Source: Parcubacteria bacterium GBS-2 (GTDB taxonomy: Bacteria > Patescibacteriota > Minisyncoccia > Minisyncoccales > GBS-2). From it: 64,000 bases of DNA. The DNA lies in contig LEKP01000001.1 of assembly GCA_001443025.1 (NCBI GenBank), positions 161,889 through 225,888 of the forward strand, in the 5' to 3' direction. Under the pieces are notes generated by a model, which ran no database searches, had not been told where the DNA came from, and worked only from the letters and a program-made list of their open reading frames with translations. Shown here piece by piece: positions 16,760 to 24,957 of this stretch. Both the position numbers and the translations under genes were made by a program. Each line of letters begins with the position of its first letter. Position 1 is the stretch's first letter.

Positions 16760-16884
16760 AGCTAGAAAAATGATAAAATGATAAAAGAAGAAATTGAGAA
16801 ACTAAAAACTAGAAATAATTTTTTCAAATCTTAAAAGATAGGGCTCTAGACTAACTCGGAAGTTCTTAATTTTGTGATTTTTCT

Positions 16885-16960
16885 GGGGATGTAAGCTTAA
16901 TTGGTAAACTGAGGGACTCCAAATCCCTTATTCCAGGTTCGAATCCTGGCATCCCCGCCA
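16885..16960 (+). tRNA. tRNA-Trp(CCA), CCA end encoded
   Basis: Acceptor GGGGATG/CATCCCC, anticodon arm AGGGA-CTCCAAA-TCCCT, T arm CCAGG-TTCGAAT-CCTGG, then G-CCA. Confidence 0.85.
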
Positions 16961-16990
16961 AAATATTGTAAAGTTGTAGATTAAAATAAA

Positions 16991-17338
16991 ATGGCAAGAA
17001 TGGATAAAAAGAAAATTTTTACTTTTTTGACTTTCTCTTTGGTTCCTAGCTCAACCTTCATTGGAGGAATCTTTGGTTATTACCTTTGTAAATTATTAGC
17101 TGGTAAAAAACCCGGAGAGCAGGGGATAATAAAGTCTTTAATTTTTACATTTCACAAATGGAAAATTCATCTTCATCACTGGTTTTTAGCAACACTCTTT
17201 TTATTTTTTTCAGTTTATTTCGATTTTTTAGCGCTTTTTTCTCAATTTTTTATCGGATTTTTAACCGGAATTATCTTCCAAGGGTTTACCTATCCAGACT
17301 GGTATAAAATTGTCACCCGAGTAAAATGTCAAAGTTAA
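16991..17338 (+). CDS. Hypothetical small membrane protein
   Basis: 115 aa with 3 hydrophobic helices. It overlaps pcm by 13 nt. Confidence 0.4.
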   Translation: MARMDKKKIFTFLTFSLVPSSTFIGGIFGYYLCKLLAGKKPGEQGIIKSLIFTFHKWKIHLHHWFLATLFLFFSVYFDFLALFSQFFIGFLTGIIFQGFTYPDWYKIVTRVKCQS

Positions 17339-17964
17339 TTCATTCTCTAATTCAACAAGGGTGGTTAAAAACTCCTCAAATTATTAAAGCGTTTCAGAAA
17401 GTAAAAAGAGAAGACTTTCTGCCAAAGGAGATTAAAGGCCTTGCTGAATTGAACGAGGCTCTTCCAATAGGTTATGGGCAAACAATTTCTCAACCTTTAG
17501 TGGTTGCTTTTATGTTGGAACTTCTTCAACCAAGAGAAGGAGAAAAAATTTTAGACATTGGTTCTGGTTCTGGCTGGACAAGCGCTCTTTTGGCAGAAAT
17601 TGTTGGAGAAAAAGGAAAGGTGATTGCAATGGAAATTGTCCCAGAATTGGTTGAATTTGGGAAAAACAATGTCAAAAAATACAATTTTATTGAAAAGAAA
17701 ATTGTTGAGTTTGTCTGGGGTGATGGGTCAAAGGGTTATCCCAAAGAAGCTCCCTATGATAAAATTTTAGTTTCAGCAACTGCAAAAAAATGTTATAAAT
17801 CATGGAAAGAACAATTAAAAGTTGGAGGAAGAATTGTAACCCCCATTGGAAATTCAATCTGGCTTTTCATTAAAAAATCAGCTCCCTGTCAAGATTCTGG
17901 TGAGGGAGAATTTGAGGAATTTGAATATCCTGGTTTCGTCTTCGTTCCATTAATCGAAAAATAA
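17326..17964 (+). CDS. pcm: Protein-L-isoaspartate O-methyltransferase
   Basis: GYGQTISQPLVVAFMLELL...ILDIGSGSGWTSALLAEIVG. Confidence 0.85.
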   Translation: MSKLIHSLIQQGWLKTPQIIKAFQKVKREDFLPKEIKGLAELNEALPIGYGQTISQPLVVAFMLELLQPREGEKILDIGSGSGWTSALLAEIVGEKGKVIAMEIVPELVEFGKNNVKKYNFIEKKIVEFVWGDGSKGYPKEAPYDKILVSATAKKCYKSWKEQLKVGGRIVTPIGNSIWLFIKKSAPCQDSGEGEFEEFEYPGFVFVPLIEK

Positions 17965-17983
17965 TCTATTACATTTTTTTGCC

Positions 17984-18925
17984 ATGGCTAAAATATGTAA
18001 GAGATTTTCTGTGAAATTTCTGATAGGATTTTTTTGTTTTTTATTCTTGATTTTCTCTTTAATTTTCACTTTCTGGTGGGGAATTTTTGTTCCAAAAGAT
18101 CAGATTGCAAAAGAAAAAATTTTTTCAGTTGAAAAAGGACAAGGTCTTTTGGAAATTAGTCAAAATTTAGAAAAAGAGGGATTAATAAAAAATAAAATTT
18201 TTTTTATTCTCTATGTCCTCTTGAAAGAAAAAGAAAAAAGCCTTCAAGCAGGAAAATATTTTCTTTCTTCTTCAATGAACATTCCCCAAATTGCTCAAAA
18301 AATAATTTCTGGAGATATTGCGAAAATAAAAGTTACCATTCCAGAAGGATTTAACACAAAAGACATTGAAGAAAAATTGGGTATTAAATTGCCAGCTGAA
18401 AATTTAGAAGGATATTTATTCCCTGACACTTATTATCTTCCGGTTGATTTTACTGGAGAAGATCTTGTGAAAGTAATGAGAGAAAATTTTGAAAAGAAAA
18501 TTGCTCCTTATAAAGAAGAGATTGAAAAAAGTGGAAAAACTCTTCAAGAAATTATTATCATGGCTTCGCTTTTGGAAAAAGAAGTAAAAACGAAGGAAGA
18601 AAAAGAATTGGTAGCTGGAATTTTGTGGAAAAGGTTAAAAGTGGGAATGCCTCTTCAAGTTGATGCGACAATAACTTATCTTACTGGAAAAAAGACAACA
18701 AAAATCACTTTTGAAGATTTGCAAATCGATTCTCCTTATAACACTTATAAATACAAAGGATTACCTCCAGGTCCGATTTGCAACCCAGGACTTGAAAGCA
18801 TTTTAGCAGCTTTGTATCCTAAAGAAAGCGATTATTGGTATTATCTCTCAACACCAGATGGAAAAACTTTATTTTTTAAAACTTTAGAGGAACATAATTT
18901 AGCAAAAGCAAAATATTTAAAATGA
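17984..18925 (+). CDS. mltG: Endolytic murein transglycosylase MltG (YceG-like)
   Basis: N-terminal TM helix, then IPEGFNTKDIEEKL, EGYLFPDTYY, IIMASLLEKEV and LQVDATITY. Confidence 0.85.
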   Translation: MAKICKRFSVKFLIGFFCFLFLIFSLIFTFWWGIFVPKDQIAKEKIFSVEKGQGLLEISQNLEKEGLIKNKIFFILYVLLKEKEKSLQAGKYFLSSSMNIPQIAQKIISGDIAKIKVTIPEGFNTKDIEEKLGIKLPAENLEGYLFPDTYYLPVDFTGEDLVKVMRENFEKKIAPYKEEIEKSGKTLQEIIIMASLLEKEVKTKEEKELVAGILWKRLKVGMPLQVDATITYLTGKKTTKITFEDLQIDSPYNTYKYKGLPPGPICNPGLESILAALYPKESDYWYYLSTPDGKTLFFKTLEEHNLAKAKYLK

Positions 18926-19578
18926 AAAAAATAATAATTCCAATTTCAATAATTGCTTTGTTGGGAATTGCTGGAATTTTAATTCTTAAAGGTCAATTTA
19001 AAAAAGAGGAAATTTCTCCCAAGCTAGAAATTAAAATGTCAGAAGTTAAAGGAAAAAAGGCGGTGATGATAATTGCCTTTAGGGATTTTAGAGACGCTGA
19101 ATATTTTGTACCAAAAGATATTTTAGAAAAAGCCGGTATTGAGGTAAAAACTGCATCGAATAAGTTGGGAACTGCAATCGGAGCAGATGGAGGAGATACA
19201 AACGTGGATTTGTTGGTTTCTCAAATAAACGTTGCAGATTTTGATGCAATAATTTTTGTTGGGGGTCCTGGATGTTTAGATGCCTTAGACAATGAAGATT
19301 CTTACAAAGTAGCAAAAGAAGCAGTTTCTCAAAATAAAGTTTTAGCAGCAATTTGTATTTCACCAGTAATTTTGGCAAAAGCTGGGGTTTTAGAAGGAAA
19401 AAAAGCGACTTGTTGGACTGATCCTTTAGGATCTCAGGCAAAAATTTTAAAAGAAAAAGGGGCAATCTTTGAGAAAAAATCAGTAGTGGTTGATGGGAAG
19501 ATTATTACTGCCAATGGGCCTGGAGCTGCTGAAGAATTTGGTAGAGCAATTGTCGAGGTCTTGACAAAAGAAAAATAA
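18922..19578 (+). CDS. DJ-1/PfpI family protein with N-terminal membrane anchor
   Basis: DAIIFVGGPG...AAICISPVILAKAG (nucleophile-elbow Cys)...ITANGPGAAEEF. Confidence 0.8.
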   Translation: MKKIIIPISIIALLGIAGILILKGQFKKEEISPKLEIKMSEVKGKKAVMIIAFRDFRDAEYFVPKDILEKAGIEVKTASNKLGTAIGADGGDTNVDLLVSQINVADFDAIIFVGGPGCLDALDNEDSYKVAKEAVSQNKVLAAICISPVILAKAGVLEGKKATCWTDPLGSQAKILKEKGAIFEKKSVVVDGKIITANGPGAAEEFGRAIVEVLTKEK

Positions 19579-19597
19579 AAGATTAGTATTAAAATTA

Positions 19598-19751
19598 TTA
19601 GCCGCAGACAGCAGGTATAATTAGTAGATGAGTGAATTAGTAGATGAGTTGATGAGTAAATAAGTTGATGAGAAATCTTTTCACTCATCTACTAAAGGCG
19701 CGAAGTGCCGTACTCATTTACTAATTTACTAATAAATCCTGCCGAGGCTAA
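19598..19751 (+). promoter_or_regulatory. Putative rplJ (L10) leader stem
   Basis: TTAGCC (19598-19603) pairs with GGCTAA (19746-19751). GCAGG (19611-19615) pairs with CCTGC (19738-19742). An asymmetric internal loop lies between them (GCAGACA vs CGA). The apex is occupied by repeat element D. Confidence 0.5.
19616..19737 (-). repeat. Branched hairpin element (copy D), inverted relative to copy C
   Basis: 19683-19725 is the reverse complement of 15063-15105 with a single mismatch (42 of 43). The arms are built from TAGTAGATGAGT- and TTGATGAGT-type words. Confidence 0.8.
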
Positions 19752-19764
19752 AAGGGTTTTTTGA

Positions 19765-19788
19765 TTGTCTGCGGTGCAGACAATTTTT
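19765..19788 (+). terminator. Attenuator-type terminator 6 nt upstream of the rplJ ATG
   Basis: TTGTCTGC-GGT-GCAGACAA followed by TTTTT. The upstream segment CCGCAGACA (19602-19610) can pair with 19766-19774 as an antiterminator. Confidence 0.55.
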
Positions 19789-19793
19789 AATTT

Positions 19794-20321
19794 ATGGCAT
19801 TAACTAAAGAAAAAAAGAGAAAAATTTTGGAGCAATTGAAAGAAAGAATCGAAAAACAAAAAATAATGATTTTTGTTGATTTTACTGGTTTGAAAAATAA
19901 GGATTTTTTTGCTTTGAGAAAAAAATTAAATGAACAAGGAGATGAAATGAAAGTTGCGAAAAAAACATTAATAAACTTGGCATTGAAAGAGAAGAAATTA
20001 AACGTAGTTGATGTTAAAAAATTGATTGGAGAAATAGCAGTGATTTTCGGGATGGAAAATGAAATTTCGAGTGCAAAGACAGTTTACGAATTTTCAAGAG
20101 AGAATAAAAATTTAAAGATTTTGGGAGGGATTTTTGAAAAAAACTTTATTGATCCAGAAAAAATCGAGGAATTAGCGAAACTACCATCAAGAGAAGAACT
20201 TTTGTCAAAATTAGTTGGGAGTATTTCAGCTCCAATTTCAAATTTTGTTGGTGTTTTAAGAGCCATTCCTCAAAATTTGGTTTTTGTTTTGTCACAAATT
20301 CAATTAAAGGTCCAAAAGTAA
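19794..20321 (+). CDS. rplJ: 50S ribosomal protein L10
   Basis: 175 aa with an L10-like N-terminal domain. It directly precedes L7/L12. Confidence 0.9.
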   Translation: MALTKEKKRKILEQLKERIEKQKIMIFVDFTGLKNKDFFALRKKLNEQGDEMKVAKKTLINLALKEKKLNVVDVKKLIGEIAVIFGMENEISSAKTVYEFSRENKNLKILGGIFEKNFIDPEKIEELAKLPSREELLSKLVGSISAPISNFVGVLRAIPQNLVFVLSQIQLKVQK

Positions 20322-20333
20322 AAGAGCAATAAA

Positions 20334-20762
20334 ATGGCAGAAGAAAAAAAAGAAGAAAAAATTGAAATTCCAGAAAAGTTTAAAAAGATAGTCGAAGAGA
20401 TTGAAAAAATGTCTGTTTTGGATTTGGCAGAGCTGGTAAAGATTTTAGAAAAGAAATTTGGAGTTTCTGCTGTTCCTCAAGTTGTTACAGCACCAACTGC
20501 AGCTCCTGCAACAACTGGTGCAGCCCCAGCTGCAGAGGAAAAATCAACTTTCACTGTAGTTTTGAGCTCAGTTGGTCCTAAAAAAATTGAGGTAATAAAA
20601 ATTGTCAGAGATGTTACTGGAAAAGGATTGAAAGAATCAAAAGATCTAGTTGATGCAGTTGAAAGTGCCCCACAGGTAATAAAAGAAAACGTTAAAAAGG
20701 AAGAAGCGGAAGAGATTAAAAAGAAATTCGAAGGAGCTGGAGCAAAAGTTGAGTTGAAATAA
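20334..20762 (+). CDS. rplL: 50S ribosomal protein L7/L12
   Basis: Ala/Pro hinge ([18 protein letters not shown]) and [27 protein letters not shown]...[21 protein letters not shown]. Confidence 0.95.
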   Translation: MAEEKKEEKIEIPEKFKKIVEEIEKMSVLDLAELVKILEKKFGVSAVPQVVTAPTAAPATTGAAPAAEEKSTFTVVLSSVGPKKIEVIKIVRDVTGKGLKESKDLVDAVESAPQVIKENVKKEEAEEIKKKFEGAGAKVELK

Positions 20763-20793
20763 AAAAAGAGGGGGATAAAAAATTTATTTGGAT

Positions 20794-21930
20794 TCAGCGG
20801 TGGCTGAGATTTTTGAGCACATCCACAACGAATTCAACAATTTCTTCTAATGGAATTCGCGTCGTTGGTACATCGGGCGCAGTCAAAGAACCGTTTAGTA
20901 TAAGTCGTCCCCCTTTTTCCCCAACGAACATGTACCATTCTGGTACCTTCTCGATTTTTCCTGGTTTTTTCAAATCGTTTTTCCTTTGAGGTAACTTCCT
21001 CGTGGAGTCGAGGGAAATTTCCCGAAGCCGGAGCAGTGCTATTAAATCTTCAGAAATCTTTTCTACCCGGGAACCGAGAATTTTATTGTTAAAGAATATC
21101 TGCACGTGTCCATCCAGGTTTTTCTGTATAATTATTGCCGCCCCCTTTTCTCTTGCTACTACGTTAAATTTTGGATTGTTGGAAATACCAGCCACTATAA
21201 AGTATCTGCCAATTCTGATTCTTTGCGCTTTTTCTACCTCTTCTTTTGCTTTTTCGTACTTTTGAATGTCTGCCGCAATGAATTTCAGTACTTCCCTTGC
21301 CACTTCCGGGTCTACCGTAGCTAACTCTGCAAAATCACAGACTCTATGGAAATTGGGATTTTGAAGTAACTGATAGTAATGACGGACTCTTTTTGGCATT
21401 TTTGTTTCATCCTCAAAGAACTCCCTGATAAGTTCAGCAGCTTTTTGATTATTTCTTTTGAGTCTGCTTCGGTGGAACTCGATAATTCCAGTGGCTATTT
21501 TAATTCCAAATTCCATAATTTTCTCATCGTCATCGATTTCTCTTGCTATACTTTTAGTCATATCGTTGAGATCGAAAGGTTCACTCCTTCCCTCAAGATC
21601 CGCCCTTCGTACATGAGCAAGGATAGGTCGAAGCCACTTTTCCTCAGCTATCCCTAATTCTTCCGCTACAATCTGGGCACTGGTCTTCCCTTTGAGTCCA
21701 TGGTGATCGAACATTTGACGTCCCCGATCAATCCAGAGAACATTTTTGAAATTAATTTGAGGAGATAAAGTTTCATCCCCTTCTCCGCTAAACCAGTACT
21801 TTTGGATCTTTGCTCCATACATTTTCAGTAAGGCCACTGAAACTATACTATCTTCATCTGGCTTTCGATGCGTTGCAATAATTATTGGTCTGTCAAGCCA
21901 CCACTTTTTATCTTTATTCTTTTCCACCAA
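20794..21930 (-). CDS. DHH/MYG1-like metal-dependent phosphoesterase-like protein
   Basis: IIATHRKPDEDSIVSVALL (DxD-type motif I) and DRGRQMFDHHG (DHH). G+C is about 45% in sampled lines. TTG start with SD GGAGGTGA 6 nt upstream. Confidence 0.4.
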   Translation of the reverse strand: MVEKNKDKKWWLDRPIIIATHRKPDEDSIVSVALLKMYGAKIQKYWFSGEGDETLSPQINFKNVLWIDRGRQMFDHHGLKGKTSAQIVAEELGIAEEKWLRPILAHVRRADLEGRSEPFDLNDMTKSIAREIDDDEKIMEFGIKIATGIIEFHRSRLKRNNQKAAELIREFFEDETKMPKRVRHYYQLLQNPNFHRVCDFAELATVDPEVAREVLKFIAADIQKYEKAKEEVEKAQRIRIGRYFIVAGISNNPKFNVVAREKGAAIIIQKNLDGHVQIFFNNKILGSRVEKISEDLIALLRLREISLDSTRKLPQRKNDLKKPGKIEKVPEWYMFVGEKGGRLILNGSLTAPDVPTTRIPLEEIVEFVVDVLKNLSHR

Positions 21931-21934
21931 CTCA

Positions 21935-21985
21935 GGTCACCTCCAAACTATCTACCAAAGTCTGATAGGCAATTTGGAGGTGACC
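21935..21985 (-). promoter_or_regulatory. SD-sequestering hairpin in the 5' leader
   Basis: GGTCACCTCCAAA (21935-21947) and TTTGGAGGTGACC (21973-21985) are perfect 13-bp complements with a 25-nt loop. On the mRNA the 3' arm contains the SD GGAGGTGA. Confidence 0.65.
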
Positions 21986-22085
21986 TAGATTCCCTCTATG
22001 AGATTTTTTTGATTTTAAAGAACAAAATATTTCCTAAGCCATCTGGTAAAATGAAAGATATTTTGTTTTCACTTTGTAATTTATT

Positions 22086-22114
22086 AATTAAATCAAATTT
22101 GAAAATTTCGTCAA
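22086..22114 (-). promoter_or_regulatory. Candidate promoter for the DHH-like gene
   Basis: On the minus strand: TTGACG (22109-22114), 17 nt, TTAATT (22086-22091). This implies a leader of roughly 150 nt. Confidence 0.35.
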
Positions 22115-22245
22115 GCACAAAGAATATTGATGGGAAAATGATAGTTAAAGACAGAAATTAACAAAAGCCTTTCGATAACCAAATTTCTTTCGCGAGAACT
22201 GCTGAAATGAAAAATATCCCCCAAATGGGATTCTAATTTCAAAAA

Positions 22246-23148
22246 TCACTGAAATAGAAAGTATCCGATAATTAAGACTAAAAGAAAAAGCAAAATCAAA
22301 ATTGATTTTGGATTTTTTAAGAAAACTAAAACTTCTTTCATCAAAGGTAAAAAAACTGCAGAAAAAGAAAATGGCTTTAATTTTTTGGTGTCGGTTTTTA
22401 AAAATGGAGAAAAAATTTCTTTCAGGGAAAATTCTTTGAAAGTCTTTGCAGAAATAATTTCTTTTTTCTGTTTCGAAATTTCTTTTGAAAGAGAAACAAA
22501 AAAGGCAATACCCTTAACTTTGGAAAGTTTTTCTCTTTTTCCGTCTAATATTCTTTTGAAATCTTTATCTGTAAAACACTCTAGTTCTCTCAACTGCTGA
22601 ATTAAATTTTCATTTTGAAAAAATTCGAAAACTTCTTTCATCAAAACTAAAATTAGATCACCTTCAATTAAATTACCGCTTACTACGCTACCAAAAATCT
22701 TTAATGGATAAGGTTCAATATCCTGAAGTCTCAGTCTTTTATCAATGTCTATTATTTTTCTTCCTCTTATTAGCAGAATTTTCATTTCTCCAACTTTCGT
22801 GAAATTCAATTCAAAGTTTTTTAAGTTTAAAACTGCAAATGATAAGTTTCCTAACCATGAAACATCTCCGCTTTTTGCAATTCTTCCTAAAAATTCGTTT
22901 GTCTCTTTTAAGGTTTCCTTTAAGGCCTTTTCAGGTTTTGAAAGCGTTTTTTTATAAAATACCTCTTTGATAAATTCCGCAATTTTTTCTAAAAAATTGT
23001 GACTTTTTGGTAAAGCATTTTTTAAGGCCCCAATCAAATAAAGAGAACCTAACCTCTTTTCGTAAATGTTTTGCGGTTCAAAACAAAAACTATCAAAAAT
23101 TAAATCCTCCTTTGCTTTTGGATTGAAATAAAATTGGAAGATCCTCAT
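22246..23148 (-). CDS. Hypothetical C-terminally membrane-anchored protein (weak PP2C/SpoIIE-like fold suspicion only)
   Basis: 300 aa with one C-terminal TM helix. No catalytic motifs were recognised. Confidence 0.35.
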   Translation of the reverse strand: MRIFQFYFNPKAKEDLIFDSFCFEPQNIYEKRLGSLYLIGALKNALPKSHNFLEKIAEFIKEVFYKKTLSKPEKALKETLKETNEFLGRIAKSGDVSWLGNLSFAVLNLKNFELNFTKVGEMKILLIRGRKIIDIDKRLRLQDIEPYPLKIFGSVVSGNLIEGDLILVLMKEVFEFFQNENLIQQLRELECFTDKDFKRILDGKREKLSKVKGIAFFVSLSKEISKQKKEIISAKTFKEFSLKEIFSPFLKTDTKKLKPFSFSAVFLPLMKEVLVFLKNPKSILILLFLLVLIIGYFLFQ

Positions 23149-23153
23149 TTATC

Positions 23154-23182
23154 TTGACTTTAAATTAAAATTTTTGTAAAAT
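23154..23182 (+). promoter_or_regulatory. Promoter of the CAP-sortase operon (leaderless geometry)
   Basis: TTGACT, 17 nt, TAAAAT (23177-23182), then 6 nt to ATG 23189. Confidence 0.55.
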
Positions 23183-23188
23183 AAAATA

Positions 23189-24199
23189 ATGAATATTTTA
23201 CGCTTTTTTAAAAAAACTTTCTTTCCTTGCGTCGAAAACAATTACTTCCCTTTATTTTTAAAAGAAAAATTTTTGAATCTTTATTTAATTTTATTACTAA
23301 TTTTAAAAATTTTCACCATACCTTTAATTTTTTCGATTTCAAAAACAGTATTTTTCGCTGACATTCACAAGCCAACTTTAATTAATTTTCTGAATTTCGA
23401 AAGAAAAATAAGAGGATTACCTCCTCTCTCCGAAAACCCACTTTTGAACCAATCTGCCTATTTAAAAGCAAAAGATATCTTAGAAAAGGATTATTTTTCT
23501 CATTTTAGCCCAGAGGGCATTTCTCCTTGGTATTGGTTTAAATTAACAGGTTATGAATATCAATTTGCGGGGGAAAATTTAGCGATTGGATTTTTAGACT
23601 CAAAAGAAGTCCATGAAGCCTGGATGTCTTCTCCTTCACATCGACAAAACATTTTAAATCCAAATTATAAAGAAATTGGAATTGCAGTTTTAAAAGGAGA
23701 ATTCAACGGAAGCGAAGTCTACGTTGTTGTCCAACATTTCGGAAGCCCAAAAGTCGTTTTAGCAGAAGATAAAGAAAAATTCACTCAAAACCAAACTTCT
23801 ATACCAATTTCCACTCCAACTGAAACAAACATCAAAATTCAACCTTCTACGTCTACAGAGGGTACCACCTCTATTGGAAACACTTCAACTTTTGCTTTAA
23901 CTGAGAAAGAACAAATTTCACCCTCCCAGAAAATTACTTTCAATTTGGTAAAATTTTTAGCCCTTAGATACACCTCAATATTGAACGTCATTATTTATTT
24001 TACTCTAGCTATTTTAATTTTCTCTTTGAGTTTAACAATTTTTTGCGACATTTTCATCTATCGAAAATTCGTAATCGATTACAAAGAATTAATCCCAAGA
24101 TGGGTAAGTTTTTGTTTAATTCTTATCCTTTTTCTCTACCTCGATCAATCAAAACTTATTCAAATCATTCCTCACAAACTCATAATTCATGGATTCTAA
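23189..24199 (+). CDS. CAP/SCP (PR-1, YkwD-like) domain membrane protein
   Basis: YLKAKDILEKDYFSHFSPEG...GENLAIGF...EVHEAWMSSPSHRQNILNPNYKEIGIAV, followed by a Ser/Thr-rich linker and C-terminal TM helices. Confidence 0.75.
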   Translation: MNILRFFKKTFFPCVENNYFPLFLKEKFLNLYLILLLILKIFTIPLIFSISKTVFFADIHKPTLINFLNFERKIRGLPPLSENPLLNQSAYLKAKDILEKDYFSHFSPEGISPWYWFKLTGYEYQFAGENLAIGFLDSKEVHEAWMSSPSHRQNILNPNYKEIGIAVLKGEFNGSEVYVVVQHFGSPKVVLAEDKEKFTQNQTSIPISTPTETNIKIQPSTSTEGTTSIGNTSTFALTEKEQISPSQKITFNLVKFLALRYTSILNVIIYFTLAILIFSLSLTIFCDIFIYRKFVIDYKELIPRWVSFCLILILFLYLDQSKLIQIIPHKLIIHGF

Positions 24200-24800
24200 G
24201 AAGATTCTCCTAAAATATTTTTTAATTTTCTTTTTAATTTCTTTTTTAGTTTTCAATTGGCAAAAAATTTTCTGGATTTTCTATCCAAACTATTTTTTTA
24301 GGGTAATATCTTTTTATTTTTTTGAGAAAGAACAACTAAAAGAAAACCAAAAAAACTTGAAGCAAAAAATTGAAGAAATTTATGAAAAAGAAGACTCAAT
24401 TGAAATTCCAAAAATTAAAATTTCTGCACCGCTTATCATTGTGGAAAAAGAAGAAGAGGTTAAAAAAGCATTGGATAGGGGAGTGGTGCTCTGGCCAAAT
24501 TCAGCATTGCCTGGCCAAAAAGGACAAACAATAATTTTAGGACATTCTGCCCCTCCCAATTGGCCAAAAATAAAATATGACTGGGTATTTTCAAATTTGA
24601 ATTTGTTAGAAAAAGGAGATGAAATAATTATCTATTTCAAAAAAAAGAAGCATGTCTACCTTGTTAAAGATAAAATCTTTTTACAAAGAGGACAAGAACT
24701 TCCAGAAACAGATCCCGAAAAAACAGTTTTATTTTTAATCTCTTGTTGGCCGCCAGGGAAGGATTTTAGGAGAATTGCAGTTGAAGCAGTAAAAGAGTAA
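24189..24800 (+). CDS. Sortase-family transpeptidase
   Basis: N-terminal TM helix, His motif IILGHS, Cys motif VLFLISCWPPG (TLxTC-like) and Arg RRIAVEA. It overlaps the CAP gene by 11 nt. Confidence 0.75.
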   Translation: MDSKKILLKYFLIFFLISFLVFNWQKIFWIFYPNYFFRVISFYFFEKEQLKENQKNLKQKIEEIYEKEDSIEIPKIKISAPLIIVEKEEEVKKALDRGVVLWPNSALPGQKGQTIILGHSAPPNWPKIKYDWVFSNLNLLEKGDEIIIYFKKKKHVYLVKDKIFLQRGQELPETDPEKTVLFLISCWPPGKDFRRIAVEAVKE

Positions 24801-24801
24801 C

Positions 24802-24835
24802 AATTTCAGTTTTTCACAATTGTGAAATAGTGAAA
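24802..24835. repeat. 34-nt motif containing the 16-bp perfect palindrome TTTCACAATTGTGAAA (copy 1)
   Basis: Matches 30604-30637 at 30 of 34 positions. The inner 24-mer matches at 23 of 24. Confidence 0.8.
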
Positions 24836-24909
24836 TTCTTGAATTTTATATTTTTATCTTTATCTCAATATCTCAAGGATTTTTGAACGTTCGGGAGATT
24901 AGGGAATTC

Positions 24910-24938
24910 TTGACAAATTTTTTGGCATATTATAAAAT
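24910..24938 (+). promoter_or_regulatory. Promoter of the collagen-like gene
   Basis: TTGACA (24910-24915), 17 nt, TAAAAT (24933-24938). This is followed by SD GGAGGTGA (24945-24952) and TTG 24958. Confidence 0.6.
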
Positions 24939-24957
24939 TAAGACGGAGGTGACGAGG

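Noticed and set aside
21868-22161. Plus-strand 97-aa ORF in the 315-bp gap upstream of the DHH-like gene.
   Set aside because: It starts inside the neighbouring gene and runs through both leader hairpins. It has no start signal and no similarity to anything I recognise. The region is better explained as a structured 5' leader of the minus-strand gene.
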